Below, one piece after another: positions 34,095 through 43,216 of a stretch of 64,000 nucleotides of DNA. Made by a program: the position numbers and the translations under genes. Source of the DNA: an uncultured Actinomycetota bacterium. Lineage in GTDB: Bacteria; Actinomycetota; Actinomycetes; Streptosporangiales; Streptosporangiaceae. Location of the stretch: assembly GCA_963735315.1 (NCBI GenBank), contig CAVTKQ010000035.1:20150-84149 (forward strand). Direction: 5' to 3'. The stretch's first letter is position 1; each line of letters begins with the position of its first letter. The notes beneath the pieces were generated by a model that saw nothing but the letters and a program-made list of their open reading frames with translations, was not told where the DNA came from and made no database searches.

Positions 34095-34174
34095 TGTAGA
34101 AATCCCTGCGGTTAACGTAGAGGGACCTGGGCGCGGCAAGTCGCACATGGTGTGCGACTGTTCGCGATACGCCG
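34095..34174 (-). promoter_or_regulatory. Promoter/operator copy 1
   Basis: Palindrome AGTCGCACA-TGG-TGTGCGACT (34139-34159), TACGTT -10-like hexamer; homologous to 36154-36234. Confidence 0.75.
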
Positions 34175-34222
34175 TGCCAGGCATGAGCCCTTATGGCGGC
34201 CGGGGCGAAGGGAGGTCGGTCG

Positions 34223-35431
34223 ATGGTGGATCAGGGCGAGATCGGCCAGCGGATCGGCTACTGGCGTGAGCGCCGCGGGATGACCCAGCAGTTGTTCGCC
34301 GACCGGATCGCGAAGTCCAAAAGCTGGGTCGAGAAGGTCGAGGCCGGGACCCGCGCGGTAGATAAGCTGTCCGTGATCGAGGCCATCTGCGAGGTTCTCC
34401 GGATCGACCTGCCCGTCCTAATCGGCCGGGAGCTGCCGCGCGACTCAGACGAGTGCCTGGACACCGCCGAGGTGGAGGCGATCCGTGCCGCGATGGAGCG
34501 ATACGACGGGCTCACCCCGGTCCCGGGCTCCCCCGCTGAGGAACCGCCGACAGTCCAGCAGCTCCGCGAGCGGGTGGATTACCTGTGGCTGGCGTTCGAG
34601 TCGGCGGATTACGAGGTCGTCGGGCAGAGGCTGCCTCGTGCGCTGCACGACAGCCAGCGGTGCCACGCGGCGCTCCGGGCGGCCGCGTCTGCCCAGGTGC
34701 TCGCCGAGATCTACCAGATCACGGCGTCAACCGCGCGGAAGCTCGGTGAGTTCGACCTCGCGTGGATCGCGGGTGACCGGGGAATCGCGATCGCGGAGGA
34801 GGCCGCCGACCCGCTGCTGAGCGCGACCGCGGCGTTCCGCGTGGCCAATGCGCTCCTGGCCATGGGCCGGGTGGATGCGGCGTTCGCGCTGAACGTGTCA
34901 ATGGCCGACCGGCTGGAGCCGGGGCTTGACACCCTCGCCGACAGGTCCGTTTACGGGACGATGCTGCTCCAGGCGGCAATCGCCGGCGCGCGCAACGGCG
35001 ACAACCGCGGGTCTCGTGACCTGATCAGGGAAGCCCATGAGGTCGCCGATCGCGTCGGCCCGGCCCGGAACGACTACCACACCGCCTTCGGGCCGGTGAA
35101 CGTCGGCATCCACCGTGTCTCCGCGCTGGTGGAGCTCGGCGAAGGCGGCGCCGCGGTGGAGGCCGCTGCCGCCGTCCCCGGAGAGCACCTGGGCAAGCTG
35201 CCGCGCGAGCGCCGCGCCAATCACCTGGTGGACATAGCGCGCGGCTACTCGCAAGGCGGCAAGCGCGACCAGGCGCTTACCACGTTGCTGGACGCCGAGC
35301 AGCTCGCGCCCGCCGAGGTCCGCTGCCGGCCGATGGCCCGCGCGACCATCACCGACCTGGTCCACCGTTCAAAAGGCACCACGCCCGCCCTGCTACGCGA
35401 CCTCGCGGCACGGGCCGGGGTCCCCGCGTGA
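34223..35431 (+). CDS. XRE-family HTH regulator with large helical (TPR-like) C-terminal domain
   Basis: RIGYWRERRGMTQQLFADRIAKSKSWVEKVEAG; FGPVNVGIHRVS; LLDAEQLAPAEV. Confidence 0.9.
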   Translation: MVDQGEIGQRIGYWRERRGMTQQLFADRIAKSKSWVEKVEAGTRAVDKLSVIEAICEVLRIDLPVLIGRELPRDSDECLDTAEVEAIRAAMERYDGLTPVPGSPAEEPPTVQQLRERVDYLWLAFESADYEVVGQRLPRALHDSQRCHAALRAAASAQVLAEIYQITASTARKLGEFDLAWIAGDRGIAIAEEAADPLLSATAAFRVANALLAMGRVDAAFALNVSMADRLEPGLDTLADRSVYGTMLLQAAIAGARNGDNRGSRDLIREAHEVADRVGPARNDYHTAFGPVNVGIHRVSALVELGEGGAAVEAAAAVPGEHLGKLPRERRANHLVDIARGYSQGGKRDQALTTLLDAEQLAPAEVRCRPMARATITDLVHRSKGTTPALLRDLAARAGVPA

Positions 35432-35973
35432 GCCGGGTCCTGTACATCCTGGCGTGCGCCGCCCCTCCCGCCCGGGACGTCGGCGTGCTCGTCGGGCTCG
35501 CGCAGGAAGCCGGCTGGGACACCTGCGTGGTCACCAGCGCCCGCGGCCGGGCGTTTGTCGACCCGGGCGCGCTGGAGGCCATGACCGGCTACCCGGTGCG
35601 CAGCGACTACAAGAACCCGGGTGAGCCCGAGGTGCTCCCGCCGCCGGACGCCCTGGTCGTCGCGCCCGCCACCACCAACACCATCAACAAGTGGGCGGCC
35701 GGGATCAGCGACACCCTGCCGCTCGGCCTGCTCGTCGAGGGCATCGGCAAGGGCCTGCCGATCGTGGCGATGCCGTTCACCAACCGGGCGCAGGCCGCCC
35801 ACCCGGCGTTCGAGCCGAACATCGAGCGGCTCCGCTCGTGGGGGGTGACGGTCTTGTACGGGCCGGACGTCTACCCGCTGCACGAGCCCGGCGCGGGCTG
35901 GGGAACCATCGAGCGGTTCCCGTGGCACCTGACCCTCGATGCCGTTGACGCGCTTACCTCGAAGACGGCATAA
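35428..35973 (+). CDS. HFCD-fold flavoprotein
   Basis: VVAPATTNTINKWAAGISDTL; GTGA overlap with the XRE gene. Confidence 0.88.
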   Translation: MSRVLYILACAAPPARDVGVLVGLAQEAGWDTCVVTSARGRAFVDPGALEAMTGYPVRSDYKNPGEPEVLPPPDALVVAPATTNTINKWAAGISDTLPLGLLVEGIGKGLPIVAMPFTNRAQAAHPAFEPNIERLRSWGVTVLYGPDVYPLHEPGAGWGTIERFPWHLTLDAVDALTSKTA

Positions 35974-36153
35974 CCGCCCCGCCTCGGCCTTCTCGGCCCG
36001 GCTCTTGGAACGGGCCGATCCTGCCGGCGAACAACTGCTGCGTCATCCCGCGGCGCTCACGCCGGTAGCAGTCAGCTCGCCGGTCTCGTGCTCACCCGTG
36101 ATCGTGCGCCTCTTGTCACCTCAGTCCACCGTAACGGGGAGCACCCACGCCCT

Positions 36154-36234
36154 CGGCATTTCGTGAACAGTCGCACACTGTGTGCGACTCCCATCGCCTG
36201 GACGCTTCTAGGTTTTACCCCAGGGCTTTCTACA
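36154..36234 (+). promoter_or_regulatory. Promoter/operator copy 2
   Basis: Palindrome AGTCGCACA-CTG-TGTGCGACT (36169-36189), TAGGTT -10-like hexamer at the same spacing as copy 1. Confidence 0.75.
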
Positions 36235-36527
36235 AAACCCGGTGGTGCGGCATGGAGATAGTGACCAAGGGGCGATCCTCCCGTTACAAGATGCCTCCGT
36301 GCGTCCCACAGGACATCCACCGCCGTCCAGCTGCTGCATGACGCAGTCCGCTAGGACCGCTGACATGAAGCGTGACAGACGCAAGACAGCAGGCACACCC
36401 CAGTCCCTGGCGCAAGAGGCCGGACAATCCCTACCCCCACCGGAGGTCTGACCATGGCCGGAAACCGCAAGAGCCATTACCGTTCGGCACGCGTTCCCGG
36501 GGGCCGCCGTCTCCCCGGCGAGTTGGC

Positions 36528-37701
36528 ATGATTGCCTCGCGCCGCCCCGTGAAGTCCCAGGATCTCTCTGGATCGGCTCCTCCGGAGCCGGCGGTGCCCC
36601 CGTTCGCGGTCAGGTTCAGCGAGGCCGTCATCGGCGAGTTCACCGCCGCGTGCGAGCAGATTGCGCGCTCGGGAACCTTGACCCTCGGCCCGCGCACCGC
36701 GCGGTTCGAGGCACTAGTCGCCGACCTGGCGGGCACCACGGAAGCTGTTGCGGTCACCTCGGGGACCACCGCCCTGGAACTGGCCTTCGAAGGGCTCGGC
36801 CTCAAAAACGATCTGGTCCTGGTCCCGACTAACACTAGTCCGGCCACCGCTGCGGCAGCCGTCCGCGCAGGCCACGGCATCGGGTTCTACGACGCGGGCG
36901 CGTGGGCGACCACCAGGCAGGTAGAGGCGGCGCTCGACGCACACCCGCAGGCGCGTGCGGTCGTGGTGGTGCACATCGGAGGGTTCGTGTCGCCGGAGAT
37001 GCCCGCCATCACGCGGCTGTGCGGTTCCCGGGGCGTCCTGCTGATCGAGGACGCGGCACACGCGCTCGGCGCCGGGCCACGCCGGCCGCCCGGCCGGTTC
37101 CTTCGGCGACGCTGCGGCCTTCTCGTTCTTCCCGACCAAGGTCGTGACCACGGCCGAGGGCGGCGTGGTGACCACACCGCACCGGGAGGCGGCCGACGCG
37201 GTGCGGCGGCTCCGCAACCAGGGCCAGCTCCACGGGAGCGCCACGCTCATCGGGGGCAGCGGCCGGCTCAGCGAGTTCAACGCGGCCCTGGGCGAAGCCC
37301 AGCTGAACCACCGCGACGAATGGCTGAAGGGCCAAGCGGCGGTCTTCGACAGGTACCGGGCCGCGCTCGACGAGAGCCCGTTCGCGACGGTCCTAGAGGT
37401 CCCCGACGGGGGCCGGGCAAGCGGCTACAAGTTCATCGCCCTAGCGGCAACACCCCAGGCGAGGGTGGAGCTGCGCGCCCACCTGGCCCGGCACGCCGTC
37501 AGCCTGGCCGGCGGCGTCTACGAGAGCCTCCTGCACAACGACCCGCGGTTCCGCCGCTGCGCCCCGCCGGAGCCCGGCCTGTTCCCGGCGGCGGTAGACT
37601 TCGCCGCCCGGCACTTCTGCCTGCCCGCGTGGCCCGGCCTCACCCGGCCGGAGCAGGACCGCGTGATCGCGGCCCTGGACAGCTTCAGGGCCTCGCCATG
37701 A
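36528..37701 (+). CDS. DegT/DnrJ/EryC1/StrS sugar aminotransferase (frameshifted)
   Basis: TSGTTALE, VHIGG, EDAAHALG, FSFFPTKVVTTAEGG. Confidence 0.9.
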
Positions 37702-38930
37702 CCGCCGAGCGGTTCGATGTCGTCATCATAGGAGCGGGCGCGGCGGGCCTGTGGACCGCGAAACGCCTCGTGGCGGCCGGGGCGCGCGTGCTCGTTGTCC
37801 ACGCTCCCCATGTGGATGGCTATTCGAGCACCCGCAACCAGGGGTGGCTGCATTCCGGAGCGCTGTACGCGGTGTTCCGCGCTCCCGGCGTCACCCGCGA
37901 ATGCATCGCGGGCTCCCGGCTCATCCTCGACTTCGCCGAACGCCACGACCGCACCCTCATCGCCGACGCGGAGTTCTGCTACGTGCTCGGCTCTCCCCAG
38001 CAGGCGGAGGCTGCGGTCGCCGCGTGCCGCGAGGCGGGGATCGACGCCCGGCCGGGCGGAACTCGCCCGCAGGTACAGCGCCTGTTCGCCCGGCCAGCCT
38101 GGACGGTGACCGTACCCGACCGGGCCGTGGACACAACCCGACTCCTACGGATTCTCGCCAGCCAGGTCGTCACAGGCGGGGCATGCGCGGCGGCGGTGCA
38201 CTCTCTCCGCTGCCTCCGGCTGCGCCGCGCCGGAGACGCCTGGCACGTCACCGCGGGCGATCTCTCGGCATCCGCGCCGTCGGTCGTCATCGCCGCCGGG
38301 ACGCTGACCCCGTCGCTGCTGACCGCTGCCGCCGCCGCTAACGGCTTCCAGACGGACACGGCGTTCGAGGTCACCCAGACGACGGTCCTCGGCATCCCCG
38401 GTCTCATCCTGCCCGCGGTGGTGTGCATCGGCGGCGGCCCGCACCTCATCCCCCACCGGACCGCCGAGGCCTGCGGGGCGACGCTCTGCGTCCCGTTCGA
38501 CAACCAGCCCGCCCGACCGGAATCGGCGCACTGCCCGCCTGACTGCCGCCGCCCGTGACCGGGTGCTGGGATGCGTCCGCGAGCACGCGCCCGGCCTCGC
38601 CGCCATGATCGGGTCGCGCCGGACATTCTGGTACTCCTGCCAGAAGCTCATCCCCGCCGGGGCCGCCAGCCGGCCGGACTGGCGGCACAGCGTCCTCGCC
38701 GAGGCAGCGCCCGGCCTGTGGGCCGCGTACGCCGGGAAGTTCACCACGGCCCCGGTCCTAGCCGACCGCGCCGCGCAGTTGCTCGACGGTGCGCTGTCTG
38801 GCGCACCTGGTGGCCCCGGCCAGGGAACTGTAGAGGTTGCCGACCAGCCGTTCCGCGCTGACCGGGCAGCCCTGGATCAAGCAGCCAAGTCAAGCCGGCT
38901 GACCATCGGGAAGGGGCGTTGCTGTCATGA
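37698..38930 (+). CDS. FAD-dependent oxidoreductase, GlpA/DAO superfamily (frameshifted)
   Basis: DVVIIGAGAAG, STRNQGWLHSGALY, GKFTTAPVLA; ATGA overlaps at both ends. Confidence 0.8.
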
Positions 38931-39974
38931 CCGAAGGCGTTTCGAAGGGACAAGCCGTAACCGGCGGGCGCGTGCTGCTGACGGAAGGGCCGGCTATATC
39001 GGGTCGGTGCTGACGCGCCGGCTCCTCGACGAGGGGTACCGGGTCACGGTGGTGGACAGGTTCTTCTTCGGCCGCGGCACGCTTCCCGAGGGCCGGGCGG
39101 GGCTGGCCTGCGCTCGACAAGGACACGCGGCTGCTGGAGGCGGCGGACTTCTCCGGCGTTGACGCGGTCATCGACCTCGCGGCGATTTCCAACGACCCGG
39201 CGGGGGAACTGGACCCGGCCCTGACGTGGCAGGTCAACCACCAGGCTCGGGTGCGGTGCGCGGAACTGGCGCGGGCGGCCGGGGTCGGCGCTACATCCTG
39301 CCGTCGTCGTCGAGCGTCTACGGGCAGCAGGAGGGGCTGCTGTCGGAGGCCGGCGCGCGATCGCTCCCAGGACCACGACCACGTACGCCGAGGCGAACGC
39401 CGCCGCCGAGCGGGACACCCTGGCGCTCGCCGGGCCGGGGTTCACGGCGTGCGCGGTGCGGCAGGCGACGGTGTTCGGGGTGTCGCCCCGGATGCGGCTG
39501 GACCTGGTGGTGCACCAGATGGTGGTCCAGGCCCGGTGGCAAGGGCAGCATCCCGGTGCTCGGGGACGGCCTGCAGTGGCGGCCGTTCGTCCACGTCGCC
39601 GACGTGTGCCGGGCGATGCTCCTGCTCCTGCGCGCGGACCCGGGCACCGTCAGCGGCGAGCTGTTCAACCTCGGCGGCGACCACCTGAACCACACCGTGA
39701 AGAACCTGGCGGAACAGGTGGGGCCGCGGTCGGCGTGAGCCGCGTGCACAGCTACCCCGGCCTGGACGACCGTTCCCACCGGATGGACTTCGCCAAGATC
39801 AGGGAGAGACTCGGGTTCGTCCCGTCCCGCTCGGTCGCGGACGGCGCACGGGAGACCGCAGACGCGATCAGCCGAGGAGACGTTGACGTGAATGACCCGC
39901 GGGCCATGACCGTGCAGTGGTACCAGCACCTGCTGGACTCGGGCGCGAACAGCCCCGCCGTCCTGACGGGCTGA
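38927..39974 (+). CDS. NAD-dependent epimerase/dehydratase (frameshifted)
   Basis: AGYIGSVL, DLAAISNDP, SSSVYG, RQATVFGVSPRMRLDLVV, WRPFVHVAD. Confidence 0.85.
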
Positions 39975-40049
39975 GGCGCGTCGCGATCGTGACGCCGGCG
40001 CGCCCTGTTTCCCGGTGACGGCCCGGTCAGGGCCGGTAAGCTCAGCGCC

Positions 40050-41119
40050 ATGTCCGTCTACCTTGTCGCCGGCGGAGCCGGTTTCATCGGCACCAACTTC
40101 GTGTCGTACCTGCGGTCCCGTCACCCCGGCGACAAGGTCGTCGTGGTCGACTACCTGGGGTTCGCCTCGAACCTGGACAACCTCGCCCAGTTCGGGGACG
40201 CGGTCGAGTTCCGCGCGGCCGACATCTCCGACCCCGCCGCGATGACGGCGGTCTACGAGGAGTTCAAGCCGGATTACGTGGTGAACTTCGCGGCCGAGTC
40301 GCACAACGACCGGGCGATCATCGACCCGAGCCTGTTCATGCGCTCCAACGCGCTGGGCGCCCAGGTACTGCTGGAGTGCAGCCGGACGGCACCCCGTCTC
40401 GGCGCACCTGCACGTCAGCACGATCGAGGTGTACGGGGAACTCCCGGCCGACAGCCGGTACTTCACCGAGGGCAGCCCGCTCAACGCCAAGACGCCCTAC
40501 AGCGCGGCGAAGGCGGCCGGAGACCAGATCGTCCGGGCCTACATGCAGACCTACCCGGAGATGAACATCCGGATGACGCACTGCGCGAACAACTACGGGC
40601 CGTACCAGCTCCCGGAAAAGCTCATCCCGCTGATGATCACCAACGTGCAGCGGGGCCGCAAGGTCCCCGTCTACGGCGACGGGCTCCAGATGCGCGACTG
40701 GCTGCACGTCTCCGACCACTGCAACGCCATCTACCAGGTGCTGCACGCCGACCTCGGCCCGGTCCCGGCCGCCGCCGCGACCAACCCGGCCCTCCTGCCG
40801 GTCTTCGACATCAGCGCCCGGCACGAGGTCACCAACCTGGAGATCGTGACCCGGGTCCTGGACCGCCTCGGCCTCGACCCGGCCGAGTGGATCGAGCACG
40901 TCGCCGACCGCCCCAACCACGACCGCCGCTACCTCATCGAGCCGGGCAAGATCGAGCGGGACCTGGGCTGGGCGCCGGAGGTCGACTTCGCCGAAGGCCT
41001 GGCCCAGACGGTGGACTGGTACGTCGGAGAACCGCGACTGGTCCGACCGGGTGTTCGCCGCCAAGGGCGAGCTGCAGATCGACTGGGCGACGGCAGCACA
41101 GCCGTCAGCAGCCCGGTAA
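40050..41119 (+). CDS. dTDP-glucose 4,6-dehydratase-like (RmlB-like) enzyme (frameshifted)
   Basis: GGAGFIGTNF, FAAESHNDR, PYSAAK, NNYGPYQLPEKLIP, YGDGLQMRDWLHV, DRPNHDRRY. Confidence 0.88.
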
Positions 41120-41488
41120 CGGCGGCCCTTCCTCCCGCGTTCGTCATCTTCACGGACCTCTCGACCACCCAGCCGAGACCAGATACGAAGGGAACGGGAA
41201 GGTGGGCAGAGAGTCCGCTGCTCGGCTCGCATTCCGACTTGCCCGGCTGCGGGAACTGCGCCCCCGCGGTGTCGGCTCAGCAATGTCAGACCGGCGGCGT
41301 AAGGGTGGCCGCTCGTGGAGCAACCAGGCGGCAGCGAACGCCGCGAGCCCCTGCCGGAGGCCGTGCGGTCTCTGCGTGTGAGGGCATCCGGTCTACTTCC
41401 CCGGAGACTCCCGGTGTTGCCGCAGCTAGTGTTGGTGTAGGCGATGCCGCGTGTTGTGCTCACGCCGTTACGAGCGCAAGGCCGACGG

Positions 41489-41933
41489 TCACCGTCTGCT
41501 GGATCGGATGGCCCGCGCGAGGATCACGAGGACGACGGCGGTGATGAGCGGTTTCAGCGCGGTCTTAGTCCGCTGGGCAGCGGCCCGAGATGGCGCTGTG
41601 TTACGCGAGGGATCGCCCTGGGCAGGGCTCGGCCGGGCCCATTCGTACAGGAGGCTGGCTAGCAGCGACCCGCCGATACCGAGGAAGATTCCCGCCCACA
41701 CCAGCCAGTTCTGCCATCTGCTCATCTGCAGGGTGTCGGTGACGACGGCGTTGGGCTGCCAGTGGCTGGGCGCTGTCCCAGTCGAGGTCGGTGTCGCTGG
41801 CTAGCTGGGGCTGGGTTTCATCGACGGAGGCATTGGCCTGAAGGCTGCCGGCACTGACGGAGTTGTACTGCTGGAGGGGCCGTGCCCATGCCCCGTGCAG
41901 GCCGTCGAGAGCTGGCGCCGTTTCAGGGTGCAT
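41489..41933 (-). pseudogene. Remnant of a membrane-anchored hypothetical protein
   Basis: Hydrophobic segments WLVWAGIFLGIGGSLLASLL and LITAVVLVILA; no convincing start. Confidence 0.4.
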
Positions 41934-42029
41934 TCGCGCCCTCTGTCACGGCGTGGCTGACGCACAGGCCGGACGAACGCTCGTGCGCGTGCCAGCGGCG
42001 TGGCTGTACTCCCTCATGCTGTCGAGCGG

Positions 42030-42152
42030 CCGTCAAGGCTTCTAGACCCGGCGCGAGGCGTGGTGGAGTTCACAGGGCGGGAGCGTGAGCTGGCTGAACT
42101 CATCGCGTGGTCCGAGAACGGGGAGCCGGTCAGGGTCCGGCTGATGACGGGT
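42030..42152 (+). pseudogene. Fragment of a P-loop (STAND-like) ATPase
   Basis: LLDPARGVVEFTGRERELAELIAW...VRLMTG, breaking where Walker A would begin. Confidence 0.6.
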
Positions 42153-42433
42153 GACCATGCCGCCGGGGTCGCGGTGGGCGGTCACCACGCCCGCGTCGGC
42201 GGTGAACGTCAGCAGGTCACCGCCAGACCAGCCCAGCGCGGTGACGATGGCTCGCTCGCAGATTCGGCCCGAGGCGTCGATGCGGGCGATCCCGTAGATG
42301 ACGTCCTCGGGCGGGTCGGCACGGGAACCGGGGGGGCCAAGGGCAGTCGCCGGGCCGCAGCGGACCTGGCACGCTGCTCGGACGCAGGGACACCGGAGGA
42401 GGGGACGAGGGGAGCCAGGGGCTGTGCGGTCAT
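42150..42433 (-). pseudogene. Truncated AbrB/MazE-like protein of the type found beside actinobacterial integrases
   Basis: YGIARIDASGRICERAIVTALGWSGGDLLTF...RDPGGMVT; GGAGG RBS; family call from recall. Confidence 0.55.
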
Positions 42434-42648
42434 GGTTGCCCTCCCGGGAGGAGGAAAGGGCTGACCGCGATGCGGGCGGGACCATTGCTGAGCAGTTACG
42501 AAGCGATGTGCGCGAGGGGGATTTCCCGCCCGTACCGGCGCCTGAAGCACTGCCTGACCACGCTGGCCAGTGCGTTCTCCCCGGATGGGGAGAACGCACC
42601 GCCGCGTGTTCAAGCGGTTGCCGAACCGGGGAAAATGCGCGTATCTGA

Positions 42649-42713
42649 GCGGTGGAGGTGGGATTTGAACCCACGGAAGAGTTACCCCTTCACAACGCTG
42701 TCGAGGCGTGCAC
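42649..42713 (-). pseudogene. tRNA-Ser(CGA) remnant lacking the 5' acceptor strand and D-arm
   Basis: Reverse strand: CACGC-CTCGACA-GCGT(T)G anticodon arm, long variable arm, GTGGG-TTCAAAT-CCCAC T-arm, CTCCACC-G. Confidence 0.8.
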
Positions 42714-42921
42714 GAAGATGGTGGATCGACTGCCTTAGGGCCGTTCCGCGTTGGACGAACCTGCAAAACGGGTGCCTGGGCGACGCCTGGTGGCCGTGAG
42801 TCCAGCGGCACTGCAGTTGTAGGAGCAGCGTCCTCCTCGAACGTCACAGGGCGATTGACGGGTCGTCGCACTCGGCAAGGGCGGCCATAGTGGCCCGGTT
42901 GACTGGTCAGTTCACTTCGGG

Positions 42922-43179
42922 CTAGGGGCGCTTCAGTTCCGACGCGAACACGCGCCAGGCGGCGGCGGGGAAGCTGAGCGTGCCACCCGCGCGATCGATG
43001 GTGTCGCGGACCAGCACCCGGTCGGCCTCGGCGACGCCGGCCTCTATGCAGTTGCCCCCGTTGCCGCTGTAGCTGGCCTTGCGCCATGCGGCGACTTCCA
43101 CGCACTCACCGCCGTTGTTGCTGTAACTCGACTTCCGCCACGGAGCACGGGACATGTCATCGTCGGTCACGGCCGCCAT
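42922..43179 (-). CDS. DUF397 protein with duplicated motif
   Basis: WRKSSYSNNGGECVEVA, WRKASYSGNGGNCIEA, VLVRDT, WRVF. Confidence 0.92.
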   Translation of the reverse strand: MAAVTDDDMSRAPWRKSSYSNNGGECVEVAAWRKASYSGNGGNCIEAGVAEADRVLVRDTIDRAGGTLSFPAAAWRVFASELKRP

Positions 43180-43216
43180 CCCGTACCTCTCTCCCTTGGG
43201 TAGCTCACATTGGGCG

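Larger units (their letters stand above)
32622..42677. mobile_element. About 10 kb genomic island bounded by tRNA-Ser-derived direct repeats
   Basis: 29-bp direct repeats; 19-bp inverted repeats just inside (32653-32671 and 42623-42641); truncated genes near both ends. Confidence 0.8.

Noticed and set aside
35974-36527. RiPP precursor for the flavoprotein
   Set aside because: No short ORF with RBS and C-terminal Cys recognised, and no other RiPP enzymes nearby
36372-38558. 728-aa aminotransferase-oxidoreductase fusion in the ORF track
   Set aside because: The middle is out-of-frame text; the aminotransferase continues in another frame and ends at an ATGA overlap at 37698-37701
42649-42750. 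Functional or intron-split tRNA-Ser, given a GGCCCTAAGG D-loop-like string upstream
   Set aside because: No GGTGGAG 5' acceptor strand, a disrupted anticodon stem, C at position 37 and no CCA; the short match is probably chance
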